NCBI RefSeq assembly: GCF_009914755.1
Contig: NC_060940.1
Source of the DNA: the human T2T-CHM13v2.0 reference genome, Homo sapiens
Reading direction: 5' to 3' (one strand)
Length of the DNA stretch: 64,000 nucleotides
In this document: piece after piece, positions 28,301 to 40,900 of the stretch
How positions within the stretch are numbered: position 1 is the first letter of the stretch
Layout of the letters: each line of letters opens with the position of its first letter
The notes under the pieces: generated by a model
What the model was told of the DNA's origin: nothing
The model's database searches: none
Seen by the model: only the letters and a program-made list of their open reading frames with translations
Program-made: the position numbers and the translations under genes

Positions 28301-31300
28301 CTGATTCCACTTGACGATGATTCCATTCAAGTCCAATCGATGATTCCATTCGGTTCCATTCAATGATTCCATTCGAGTCCATTTATGTATTATATTCGTG
28401 TCCACTTGATGACTCACTCCATTCAATTCCATTTAATGATGATTCCATTTGATTCCATTTGATGATTCAGGTCGATTCCTTACAATGATTCCCTACGATT
28501 CCTTTCTATGATGATTCCATTCGATTCCATTCATTGATGATTCCATTCGACTCCATTCGATGATGATTCCTTTCGATTCCATTTGACGATGTTTCCATTT
28601 GAGTCCATTCGATGATGATTCAATTCAGTTCTGTTCTATTATGAATCCATTCGATTTCATTCAATGCTTCTATTTGATTCCATTCGACGATGATTCCATC
28701 TCTTTCCCTTCGATGTTTCCATTTGATTCCATTCAGTGATGATTCCATTTGATTCCATCTGATGATGATTTCACTTGATTCATTTCAATGATGATTCCAT
28801 TCAAGTCCATTCGATGATTCCATTGGAGTCCAAACGATCATTCCATTCGATTCCATTCAATGATGATTCCATTCATGTCCATTCAATGAATCCTTTCAAT
28901 TCCATTCGATGATGACTCCATTCGAGTACATTCGATGATTCCATTTGATTCCATTTGATGATGATTACATTCAATTCCATTCGAAGATGATTCCATTCAA
29001 TTCCACTTGATGATGATTCCGTATGAATCCATTCGCTGATTATTCCATTCGATTCCATTCATTGACGATTCCATTCGATTCCATTCAATGATGATGCTCT
29101 TCTATTCCATTCGATGATTCCGGTCGATTCCATTCGATGATGATTCCATTAGATTCCATTCGATTGTTGCATTCGATTCCCTTCGATGATGATTCCTTTG
29201 AATTCCATTCTATTATGATTCCGTATGAATCCATTTGATGATTATTCCATTGGATTCCTTTCGATGATGATTCCATTCGATTCCATTTGATGATGTTTCT
29301 CATGTATTCCATTTGATAATTCCTTTCAATTCCCTTCGATGATGATTCTTTCGAGTCAATTCGATGATTCTATTCCATTCCCTTCGATGATGATTCCATT
29401 TCACTCCATTCGATGATTCCATTCGATTCAATTTGGTGATGATTCAATTCGATGACATTCGATGACTCCATTCAATTTCATTTGATGATGATTACATTCG
29501 AGTCCATTTGATGATTGTATTCCTTTCCTTTTGATGATTATTCCATTCGTGTCTATTCAAATATTCCATTCTATTCCATTCAATGATGATTCCAATTGAT
29601 TCCATTCAATGATTATGGCTATCGATTCCACTCGTTGATTCCATTTGATTCCATTCGATGATTATTCCGTTAGATTCCATTAGGAGATTCCATTCGATTT
29701 TATTCAATGATTCCAATTGATTCCATTCAATGATGATTCCATTCGACTCCATTCAGTGATTCCATTTGAGTCCATTTGATGATTCCATTCGAGTCCATTT
29801 GATGATTCCATTCTTTTCCATTTGATGATGATTCCATTAGGGTCCATTCAATGATTCCATTCGAGTCCATTCGTTAATGCCTTTCGAGTCCTTTTGATCA
29901 CTACATTCGAGTCCATTCAATGATTCTATTCGATTCCATTCCATGATGATTCCATTCGAGTTCATTCGATGATTGCATTCGAGTCCATTTGATGATTCCA
30001 TAAGATTCCATTCGACAATGATTCCATTCGTGTCCATTGGATGATTCCATTCATTTCCTATCGATGAAGATTCCATTCGAGTGTATTCGATGATTCCATT
30101 CAAATCCATTCGATGATGATTCCATTCCAGTCCATTCGATCATTCCACTTGATTCCATTTGATGACTATTCCATTCAAATCCATTTGATGATTCCATTCG
30201 ATTCCATTCGATGTTACCATTCCAGTATATACGATGATTCCACTCGATTCCATTTGATGATTATTCCATTGGAGTCGACTTAGTGAATCCTTTAGATTCT
30301 ACTCGAAGATGATTCCATTCGAGTCCATTCGATGATACCATTCAATTCCATTCGTTGATGCTTCCATTCAAGTGCATTCGATGATATCATTCGATTCCAT
30401 TTGATGATAATTCCATTTGATTCCATGTGATGATTCTATTCCATTCCATTCAATGATAATTCCATTCAATTCAGTGATTCCTCTGGACTCCATTTGATGA
30501 TGATTCCATTCAATGATTCCATTCGATTCTATTCGAAAATGATTCCATTTGAATCCATTTGATGATGATTCCATTCGATTCCATTTGATGATTCCATTCG
30601 ATTCCATTCGACGATGATTCCATTCGATTCCATTTGATGATTCCATTCTATTCTATTCGATGATGATTCCATTCGATTCCATTCGATGATGATTGGATTC
30701 GATTCCATTTGATGATTTCATTTGATTCCATTCGATGATGATTTCGATCAATTCCATTCGATGATTCCATTCGATTCCATTTGATAATGATTACATCCGA
30801 GTCCATTCGATGATTCCATTTGAGCCCGTTCGATAATTCCATTTGAGTCCAATCAATGATTCCATTCATTTCCATTCAATGATTCCATTCGAGTCCATTT
30901 GATCATTCCGGTAGGGTCCGTTCGATGTTGATTCCATTGGAGTGCATTCGATGATTCCATTCGAGTCCATTTTAGGATTTGATTCGAGTCCTTTCGATGA
31001 TTCCATTCGATTCCACTCGATGCGATGATGATTTCATTCGAGTCCATTCGACACTTCCAATCGATTCCATTTGATGTTTCCATTCGAGTCCAATTGATGA
31101 TTCCATTCAATTCCATTCGATGATGATTCCGTACGATTCCATTCTGTGATGATTCCATGTGATTGCATTCAATGATGATTCCTTTCGATTGCATTCGATT
31201 ATGATTCATTTCGTGTTCATTCTATGGTTCCACAGGTTTCACATCGTGTCCATTCCATTATTCCATTCTATTCCATTTGATGATGATTCCATTCGATTCC

Positions 31301-34300
31301 ATTCATTGGTGATTCCACTCAATTCCATTCAATGATTCCATTCCATTTCTTTCAACAATGATTCCATTAGTTTCTAATCGATGATCCACTTGATTCCATT
31401 TGACGATGATTCCATTCTTGTCCATTCGATGATTCCATTTGATTCCATATGATGATGATTCCATTCGATTCCACACGATGATTATTCCATTCGAGTCCAT
31501 TCAATGGTGATTCCATTCAATTCCATTCGATGATTCCTTTCGATTCCATTTGATGATGATGGCATTCGATTCCTTTCAATCATTCCCTTTGATTCCACTC
31601 AAAGGTGATTTCATTCAAGTCCATTCGATAATTGCATTCGATTCCATTCTATGATGATTCCATTCGAGTCCATTTGATGATTCCATTCAATTCAAGTCAA
31701 TGATGATTCCATTCGATTCCATTCGATGATTCCATTGGATTCCATTCGATGATGATTCCATTCAAATCCATTCGATAATTCAATTCACGTCCATTCGATG
31801 ATGATTCCAATCGAATCCATTCAAAGATTCCATTCAATTCCATTCGATGATTCCCTTAGATTCCATTCGATGATTCCACTTGATTCCATTTACGATGATT
31901 CCATTCGATTCCATGTGATGATTCCATTCAATTCTATTCAATGATGTTTCCATTTGATTCCATTCGACCATGATTGCCTTTGATTCCATTCAATGATTCC
32001 ATTCGGTTCCGTTTGATGATGATTCCGTTCGATTCCATTTGATGATTCCATTTGATTCCATTGGATGAGTCCATTCGATTACATTCGATGATTATTCCAT
32101 TCGAGTGCATTAGATGATTCCATTCGAGTCCATTCGATGATTCCATTCGAGTCCATTCGATGATTCCATTCGATTCCATTCGATGTTGATTCTGTTCAAA
32201 TCCATTCGATGATTCCACTCGATTCCATTCGATGACTCCATTTGATCCCATTCGATGATTTCCTTTGATTCCCTTTGATGATCATTCCATTTGATTCAAT
32301 TCGGTGATTTCATTTGATTCCATTCAGTGATGTTTCCATTCGACTCCATTCGATGATGATTCCATTCGACTACATTCGATTATGATTTCATTCAATTCCA
32401 TTCGATAAAGATTCCCTTCGAGTCCAATCGATGATTCCATTCGATTCCATTCAACGATGATTTGATTCGTGTCCATTCGATGATTCCATTTGATTCCACT
32501 TGATGAGGATTCCATTCGAGTCCATTTGATGATTCCATTCAATTCCATTCTCCGATGATTTCTTTTGAGCCCATTCAATGCTTCCACTCGATTACATATG
32601 ATGATGACTCCATTCGATGAAACTCGATGATGATTCCATTCGCTTGCATTCGATGATGATTCCACTTGAGTCCGTTAGAAGATTCTATTCAATTACATTC
32701 CATGACGATTCCGTTCGAGTCCATTTGATGATTCCATTAGACTCCATTCGACGATGATTCCATTCGATGTTATTCGATGATTCCATTCGATCTCATTCGA
32801 TGATGATTCCATTCAACTCCATTCGATGTTTCCATTCGAGTTCATTCTATTATTCCATTAGATTCCATTCGATGATGATTCCATTCGATTCCATTTGATG
32901 ATTGCATTCTATTTCATTTGATGAGGATTCCATTCGAGTCCACTCGATGATTCCATTCGAGTCCATTTAATGAATCCATTGGTTTCAATTCTATGATGAT
33001 TACATTGGATTCCATTCGTTGATGATTTCATTCGGTTCCATTCAATGATGATTCCATTCAATTCCTTTCAATGTTTCCATTCAATTCCATACGATGATGA
33101 TTCCATTTGATTTGATTCGACAGTGAGCCATTCGATTCAATTCCATGATGATTCTATTTGATTCACTTGGTTGACATTTCCATTCGATTCCATTCGATGA
33201 TGATTCCATTTGATTCCATTCAAAGATGATTCCATTCTAGCCCATTCAATCATTCCATTCGATTCTATTCAATGATGATTCCATTCATGTCGATTTGGTG
33301 ATTCCATTTGACTTCATTTGATGATGATTCCTTTCAAGTTCATTAGATGATTCCATTCGATTCCATTTGATGATGATCCCATTCGAGTCCATTCAGTGAT
33401 TCCACTCGTTTCCATTCCATGATGATTCCATTCCATTCCATTCAATGATTCCATTCGATTCCGTTTGATGATGATTTCATTCGAGTCCATTTGATGATTC
33501 CATTTGATTCCATTCGATGATGATTCCATTCGAGTCCATTTGATGATTCTATTCGAATCCATTTGATGATTTCTTTTGATTATAGTTGGTGATGATTCCA
33601 TTGGAGTCCATTCAATGATTCCATTCGATTCCAATCGATGGTGATTCCATTAGAGTCCATTTAATGATTCCATTTGATTCCAGTCTCTGATGATTACATT
33701 CGAGTCCATACGATGATTCCATTCTATTCTATTCAATGGTGATTGCATTCGAGTACATTAGATGATTCCATTCGATTCCATTCAATGATGATTCTATTTG
33801 TGTCCCTTAGATGATTCCACATGATTCCATTAGATGATGATACTATTTGAGCCCATCCAATGATTCCCTTCGATTCCATTCGATGAGGATTCCATTCGAT
33901 TCAATTCATTGGTGATTCTATTCAATTCAATTCTTTGATTCCATTCCATTCCATTCGACAATGATTCCATTCGATTTCTTTCGATGATTCCACTCAATTT
34001 CACTTGACATTGATTCCATTCGATTCCATTCAATGATTCCATTGGATTCCAGTGGATGATGATTGCCGTCGATTCCATTCGATCACTCCATTCTGTTCCA
34101 TTTGATGATGATTACATTCGATTCCATTTGATGATTCCATCTGATTCTATTCGAGGATTCCATTTGATTCCATTCGATGATGATTCCATTCGAGTGCATT
34201 CGATGATTTCATTCGAGTACATCCAATGATTCCATTCGAGTCCATTTGATGATTCCATTTCATTCCATTTGATTATGATTCTACTAGAGTCCATTCAATG

Positions 34301-37300
34301 ACTCCATTCGAGTCCACTCAACAGTTCCATCCGAGTCCATTCGATGATTCCATTCGATTCCATTTGATCATTCCATTCGAGTCCATTTAATCATTACAGT
34401 TGAGTCCATTTGGTGATTCCACTGGATTTCTTTTGGTAATGATACCATTCAATTACATTTGATGATGATCCCATTCAATTTCATTTGATGATGATTCCAT
34501 TAGAGTCCATTCCATGATTTCATTCGAGTCCCTTCATTGATTCCATCCGATTTCATTTCATGATGACTCCATTCGAGTCCATTCGATGATTCCACTCGAT
34601 TCCATTAGATGATTCCATTGGAGTCCATTTGATTGTTCCATTCGATTCCATTCGATTCCTTTCGAAGATTATTCCATTTGAGTCCATTCGATGATGATTC
34701 CATTCCATTCCATTCGATGATTCCGTTTGATTCCATTCGATGATTCCCTGCGATTCCTTTCTATGATGATTCCATTCCATTCCATTCAATGATTCCATTC
34801 GAATCTATTCCATGATGATTCCTTTCGATTCCATTCGCTGATGTTTCCGTTCAATTCCATTCGATGATGATTCCATTCGATTCCATTCATTGAGGATTCC
34901 ATTGGATTCCATTCAATGATGATTCCATTCTATTCCATTCAATGATTGCATTCAATTCCATTCAATGATTATGCCATTAGAGTAAATTCAACGATTCCAT
35001 TCAATACCATTCGATGATGATTCCTTTTGAGTCCATTCAATGATTTCATTCAAGTCCATTTGATGATTCCTTTCAATTCCATTCCATGATGATTCCATTC
35101 GAGTCCATTCGATGATTCCATTCGATTGCATTCGATGATTCCATTATATTCCATTCAACGATGATTCCATTCGAGTCCATTCGATGATTCCATTAGAGTA
35201 CATTTAATGATTGCTTTGTTTTCAATTCGAAGATGATTACATTGGATTCCATTCTATGATTCCATTCGATTCCATTCATTGATGATTCCACCCAATTCCA
35301 TTCGATGATGATTCCATTCGATTTCAATGATTCTACTCGATTCCATTCAATGATGATTCAATTCTATTCCGTTTGATGATTCCATTAGATTCCATTCTAT
35401 GATGATTCCATTCGAGTCCATTCGAAGATTTCATTCGATTACATTCCATGACGATTCCATTCGAGTCCATTCGATGATTCCATTTGAATCCATTCGACGA
35501 TGATTCCATTTGATGCTATTCGATGATTCCATTGGATTCCATTCGATGATGATTCCATTCGACTTGATTTGATGTTTCTATTTGAGTCCATTCGGTTATT
35601 TTATTAGACTACATTCGATGATGATTCCATTCGATGCCATTCAATGATTCCATTTGATTCCACTCAATGATGATTGCATTCGTGTCCATTCGATGATTCC
35701 ATTTGGTTCCATTTGATGATGATTCCATTCGAGTCCATTCGATGATACCATTCAATTCCATTCGATGATCATTCCATTCGAATCCATTTGATGATTCCAC
35801 TCAATTCCATTTGATGACTCCTTTCATTCCCATTCGATGATTCCCTTCAGTTCCAATTGGATGATCTTTCCATTTGATTCAATATGGTGACTCCATTCTA
35901 TTATATTCAATGATGATTCCATTCGACTCCATTAGATGATGACTCCATTCCATTCCATTCGATTGTGATTTCATTCGATTCCATTCGAAGATGATTCCAT
36001 TCGAGTCCATTTGATGATTCCATTCGATTCCATTCAATGATGATTCCACTCAAATCCATTGGATGATTCCATTCGTTTCCAATTGGTGATTTCATTAGAT
36101 TCCATTCGAGGATGATTCTATTCGAGTCCATTCAATGATTCCATTGGATTCCGTTTGATAATGATTCCATTAGAGTTCATTCGATGATTCCCTTCGAGTC
36201 CATTCGATTATTTCTTTTGATTCCATTTGATGATGATTCCATTCGATTCCATTCAATGATTCCATTCCATTCCATTCGATGATGATTCCATTCGATAATG
36301 ATTACATTCGAGCCCATGTGATGATTCCATTAGATTCTATTCAATGATGATTCCATTCGACCACATTCGATGATGGCATTCGAGTCCATTCGATGATTTC
36401 ACTCGATTCCACTTGATGATGATTCCTTTTGAGTCCATTTGATGATTACATTCGAGTCCATGAGATGACTCCATTCGATTCCATTTCATGATGATGCAAT
36501 TCGAGGCTATTCGATCATCCCATTTTAGTGCATTCGGTGATTCTCTTTTATTACATTCGATGAGGGCTCCATTCGAGTCCATTCAATGATTCCATTAGAT
36601 TCCACTCGATGATGATTCCATTTGAGTCCATTCAAAGATTCCTTTCGAGTCCATTCGATAATTCTATTGGATTCCACTAGGTGATGATTCCTTTCGAGTC
36701 AATTCGATGATTCCTTTCAAGTGCCTTCAATGATTCCATTCGATTCCATTCGATGACGATTCATTTCAAGTCCATTCAATGGTTCCATTCTGTTGAATTT
36801 GATGGTTCCATTGGATTCCATTCGATGATGATTCCATTCGTGTCCATTGGATGATTCCATTCGATTCCTTTCGAGGAAGATTCCATTCGACTCCATTCGA
36901 TGATTCCGTTCGATTCCATTCCATGATGATTCCATTTGATTCCATTCCATGATTCCATTCGATACCATTCGATGATGATTCCATTCGACTCCATTTGATG
37001 AATCCATTCAATGCTTCCATTCGAGTCCATTCGATGATTCCATTCGATTCCATTCCATGAAGATTCCATTCGAGTACATTTGATGATTCCATTTAATTCC
37101 ATAGGATGATGATTCTATTAGGGTCCGTTGACTATTCCATTCAATTCCATTCGAAGAATCCATTCGAGTCCACTCGATGATTCTATTTGATTCCATTTGA
37201 TAATTCCATTCGATTCCATTTGATGTTGATTCCATTCGAGTCCATTCGATCATTATTACATTTGATTCTATTCGATGATTCCATTCGATTCCATTTGATG

Positions 37301-37945
37301 AGGATTCCATTCGAGACCATTTGATGATTCCATTCAATTCCATTGGATGATTCCAATATTTTCCATTAGATGATGATTCCATTCGATTCCATTCAATGAT
37401 GATTCCATCAGAATCCATTCGATGATGACTCCTTTTGCTTCCATTCAATGATCATTACATTCGGTTCCATTCGATGATGATTCCTTTGGATTCCATTCGA
37501 TGATGCTTCCATTCGATTCCATTTGATGATGATTCTTTTCGATTCCATTTGATGATGATTCCATTTGATTCCATTCGATGGTGATTCCATTTGATGATTC
37601 CATTCGATTGTATTCGATGATGATTCCACTCGATTCTATTTGATGATGACTGCATTCGATTCCATTTGATGATTCCATTTGATTCCATTCGATGATGATT
37701 CTGATCAATTGCATTGATGATCCATTCGATTCCATTTGATGGTTCCATTTGATTCCATTTGATAATGATTCCTTTCGAGTCCATTCGATGATTCCATTTG
37801 CGGATATTCGATAATTCCATTTGAGTCCAACCGATGATTCCATTCGAGGCCATTCAATCATTCTTTTTGAGTCCTTTCGATAAAGATTCCATTTTAGTCC
37901 ATTCAATAATTCCACTGGAGTCCATTCGATGATTGCTTTTAATTC
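25331..37945 (+). repeat. Family A macro-repeat copy 3 (12,615 bp; 49-bp and 1-bp deletions)
   Basis: Offset to copy 2 is 12665 up to ~33720 (20649/33314), then 12616 (21214/33830), then 12615 after ~37715 (25427/38042). Confidence 0.95.
26937..28615 (+). repeat. Internal 836-bp tandem duplication (A copy 3)
   Basis: ORFs 27105/27941 and 27393/28229 are 836 bp apart. Confidence 0.92.
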
Positions 37946-40900
37946 CATTCGATGATATTCCATTCGAGTCCATTCGATGATTCCATTCGTTGCTATTAGA
38001 TGATGATTCCATTCATGACCATTTGGTGATTCCATTCGATTTCATTCGTTGATGATTCCATTCGAGTCCATTCCATGATTCCATTCAAGTCCATTTGATG
38101 ATTTCTTTGAATTCAATTCGATGATGATTCCATTCGAGTCCATTCGATGATTCCATTCAGTTCCATTCGATGATGATTCCTTTCGAGACCATATGATGAT
38201 TCCATTTGATTTCATTCGATGATGATTCCATTCGATTCCATTCGATGATTCCATTCTATTCCATTCGATGACGATTCCATTCGAGTCCATTTAATGATTC
38301 CATTGGGTTCAATTCAATGATGATTACATTGGATTCTCTTCTATGATAGCATTCAATTCCGTTCATTGACAATTTGATTCCATTCGATGATGATTCCATT
38401 TGAGTTCATTCGATGATTCTATTCGATTCTCTTCGATGGTGATTCAATTCTATTATATTGGATGATTCCATTCGATTCCATTTGATGTTGATTCAATTCG
38501 ATTCTATTCGATGATGATTCCATTGGATTTCATTTGATGATTCTATTCGATTCCATTCAATGATGATTCACTTCTCGTCCATTGGATGATTCCATTTCAT
38601 TCCATTCGATGATGATTCCATTCGATTCCATTCGATGATTCCATTTGATTCCATTCGACGGTGAGCAATTCGATTCAATTCCATGATGATTCTATTTGAT
38701 TCAGTTAGATGATGTTTCCATTCGAATCCATTCCATGATTATTCCATTGGAATCCATTCGGCGATGATTCCATATGAGTCAATTCAATGATGATTCCATA
38801 TGGGTCAGTTCGATGATAATTCCATTTGATTTCATTCGATGCTTCTATTCAATTCCAGTCGATGATGATTCCGTTGGAGTCCATACGATGACTCCATTTG
38901 ATTTCATTTGATGATGATTCCATTCGATTCCATTCGATGACTCCATTCTGTTCCATTCGATGATGATTCCATTCGAGTCCATTCGATGATTCCATTCGAG
39001 TCCATTTCATGATTCCATTGGGTTCAATTCGATGATGATTACACTGGATTCCATTCTATGATTCCATTCAATTCCATTCGTTGATGATTCGATTCCATTC
39101 AATGATGATTCCATTTGAGTTCATTCGATGATTCTATTCGATTCCGTTCGATGGTGATTCAATTCTATTATATTGGATGATTCCATTCGATTCCATTTGA
39201 TGATGATTCCATTCGATTCCATTCGATGATGATTCCATTTGATTCCATTTGATGTTGATTCTATTCGATTCTATTCAATGATGATTCCATTCGATTTCAT
39301 TTGATGATTCTATTCGATTCCTTTCGATGATTCTATTCCATTCCATTCGATGATGATTCAATTCTCTTCCATTGGATGATTCCATTTTATTCCATTCGAC
39401 GATGACTCCATTTGATTCCATTCAATGATGATTCCATTCGATTCCATTCGGTGATTCCATTTGATTCCATTCGACGGTGAGCAATTTGATTCAATTCCAT
39501 AATGATTCTATTTGATTCAATTAGATGATGTTTCCATTCGAATCCATTCGGTGATGATTCCATTGGTATCCATTCGACGATGATTCCATATGAGTCAATT
39601 CGATGATGATTCCATACGAGTCCGTTGGATGATAATTCCATTTGATTTCATTCAATCCTTCTATTCGATTCCATTTGATGATGATTCCATCTGAATCCAT
39701 TCTCCGATTCCATTCGACTTCATTTGATGCTTCTATTTGATTTCATTCGAAGATGATTCCTTTCAATTCCGTTCATTAATTCCATTTGATTCCATTCGAT
39801 GATGATTCCATCCGATTCCATTGGATGATGATTCCATTCGAGTCCATTGGATGATTCCGTTCTAATCCATTCTATGATTCCATTCGAGTCCATTCGATGA
39901 TTCCATTCGATTCCATTCAGTGATGATTCCATTTGATTCCATCTGATGATGATTTCATTTGATTCCATTCGATGATGATTCCATTGGAGTCCATTGAATG
40001 ATTCAATTCAATTCCATTCCATGTGGATTCCATTCGAATTCATTCGATTATTCCATTCAAATCCCTTCGTTGATTCCATCTGATTCCACTTGACGATGAT
40101 TCCATTCAAGTCCAATCGATGATTCCATTCGGTTCCATTCAATGATTCCATTCGAGTCCATTTATGTATTATATTCGTGTCCACTTGATGACTCCATTCA
40201 ATTCCATTTAATGATGATTCCATTTGATTCCATTTGATGATTCAGTTCGATTCCTTACAATGATTCCCTACGATTCCTTTCTATGATGATTCCATTCGAT
40301 TCCATTCATTGATGATTCCATTCGACTCCATTCAATGATGATTCCTTTCGATTCCATTTGACGATGTTTCCATTTGAGTCCATTCGATGATGATTCCATT
40401 GGTATCCATTCGACGATGATTCCATATGAGTCAATTCGATGATGATTCCATACGAGTCCGTTGGATGATAATTCCATTTGATTTCATTCAATCCTTCTAT
40501 TCGATTCCATTTGATGATGATTCCATCTGAATCCATTCTCCGATTCCATTCGATTTCATTCGATGCTTCTATTTGATTTCATTCGAAGATGATTCCTTTC
40601 AATTCCATTCATTAATTCCATTTGATTCCATTCGATGATGATTCCATCCGATTCCATTGGATGATGATTCCATTCGAGTCCATTCGATGATTCCGTTCTA
40701 ATCCATTCTATGATTCCATTCGAGTCCATTCGATGATTCCATTCGATTCCATTCAGTGATGATTCCATTTGATTCCATCTGATGATGATTTCATTTGATT
40801 CCATTCGATGATGATTCCATTGGAGTCCATTGAATGATTCAATTCAATTCCATTCCATGTGGATTCCATTCGAATTCATTCGATTATTCCATTCAAATCC

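Noticed and set aside
37445-38035. Longest ORF (196 aa)
   Set aside because: It is created by a 1-bp deletion fusing two spurious frames.
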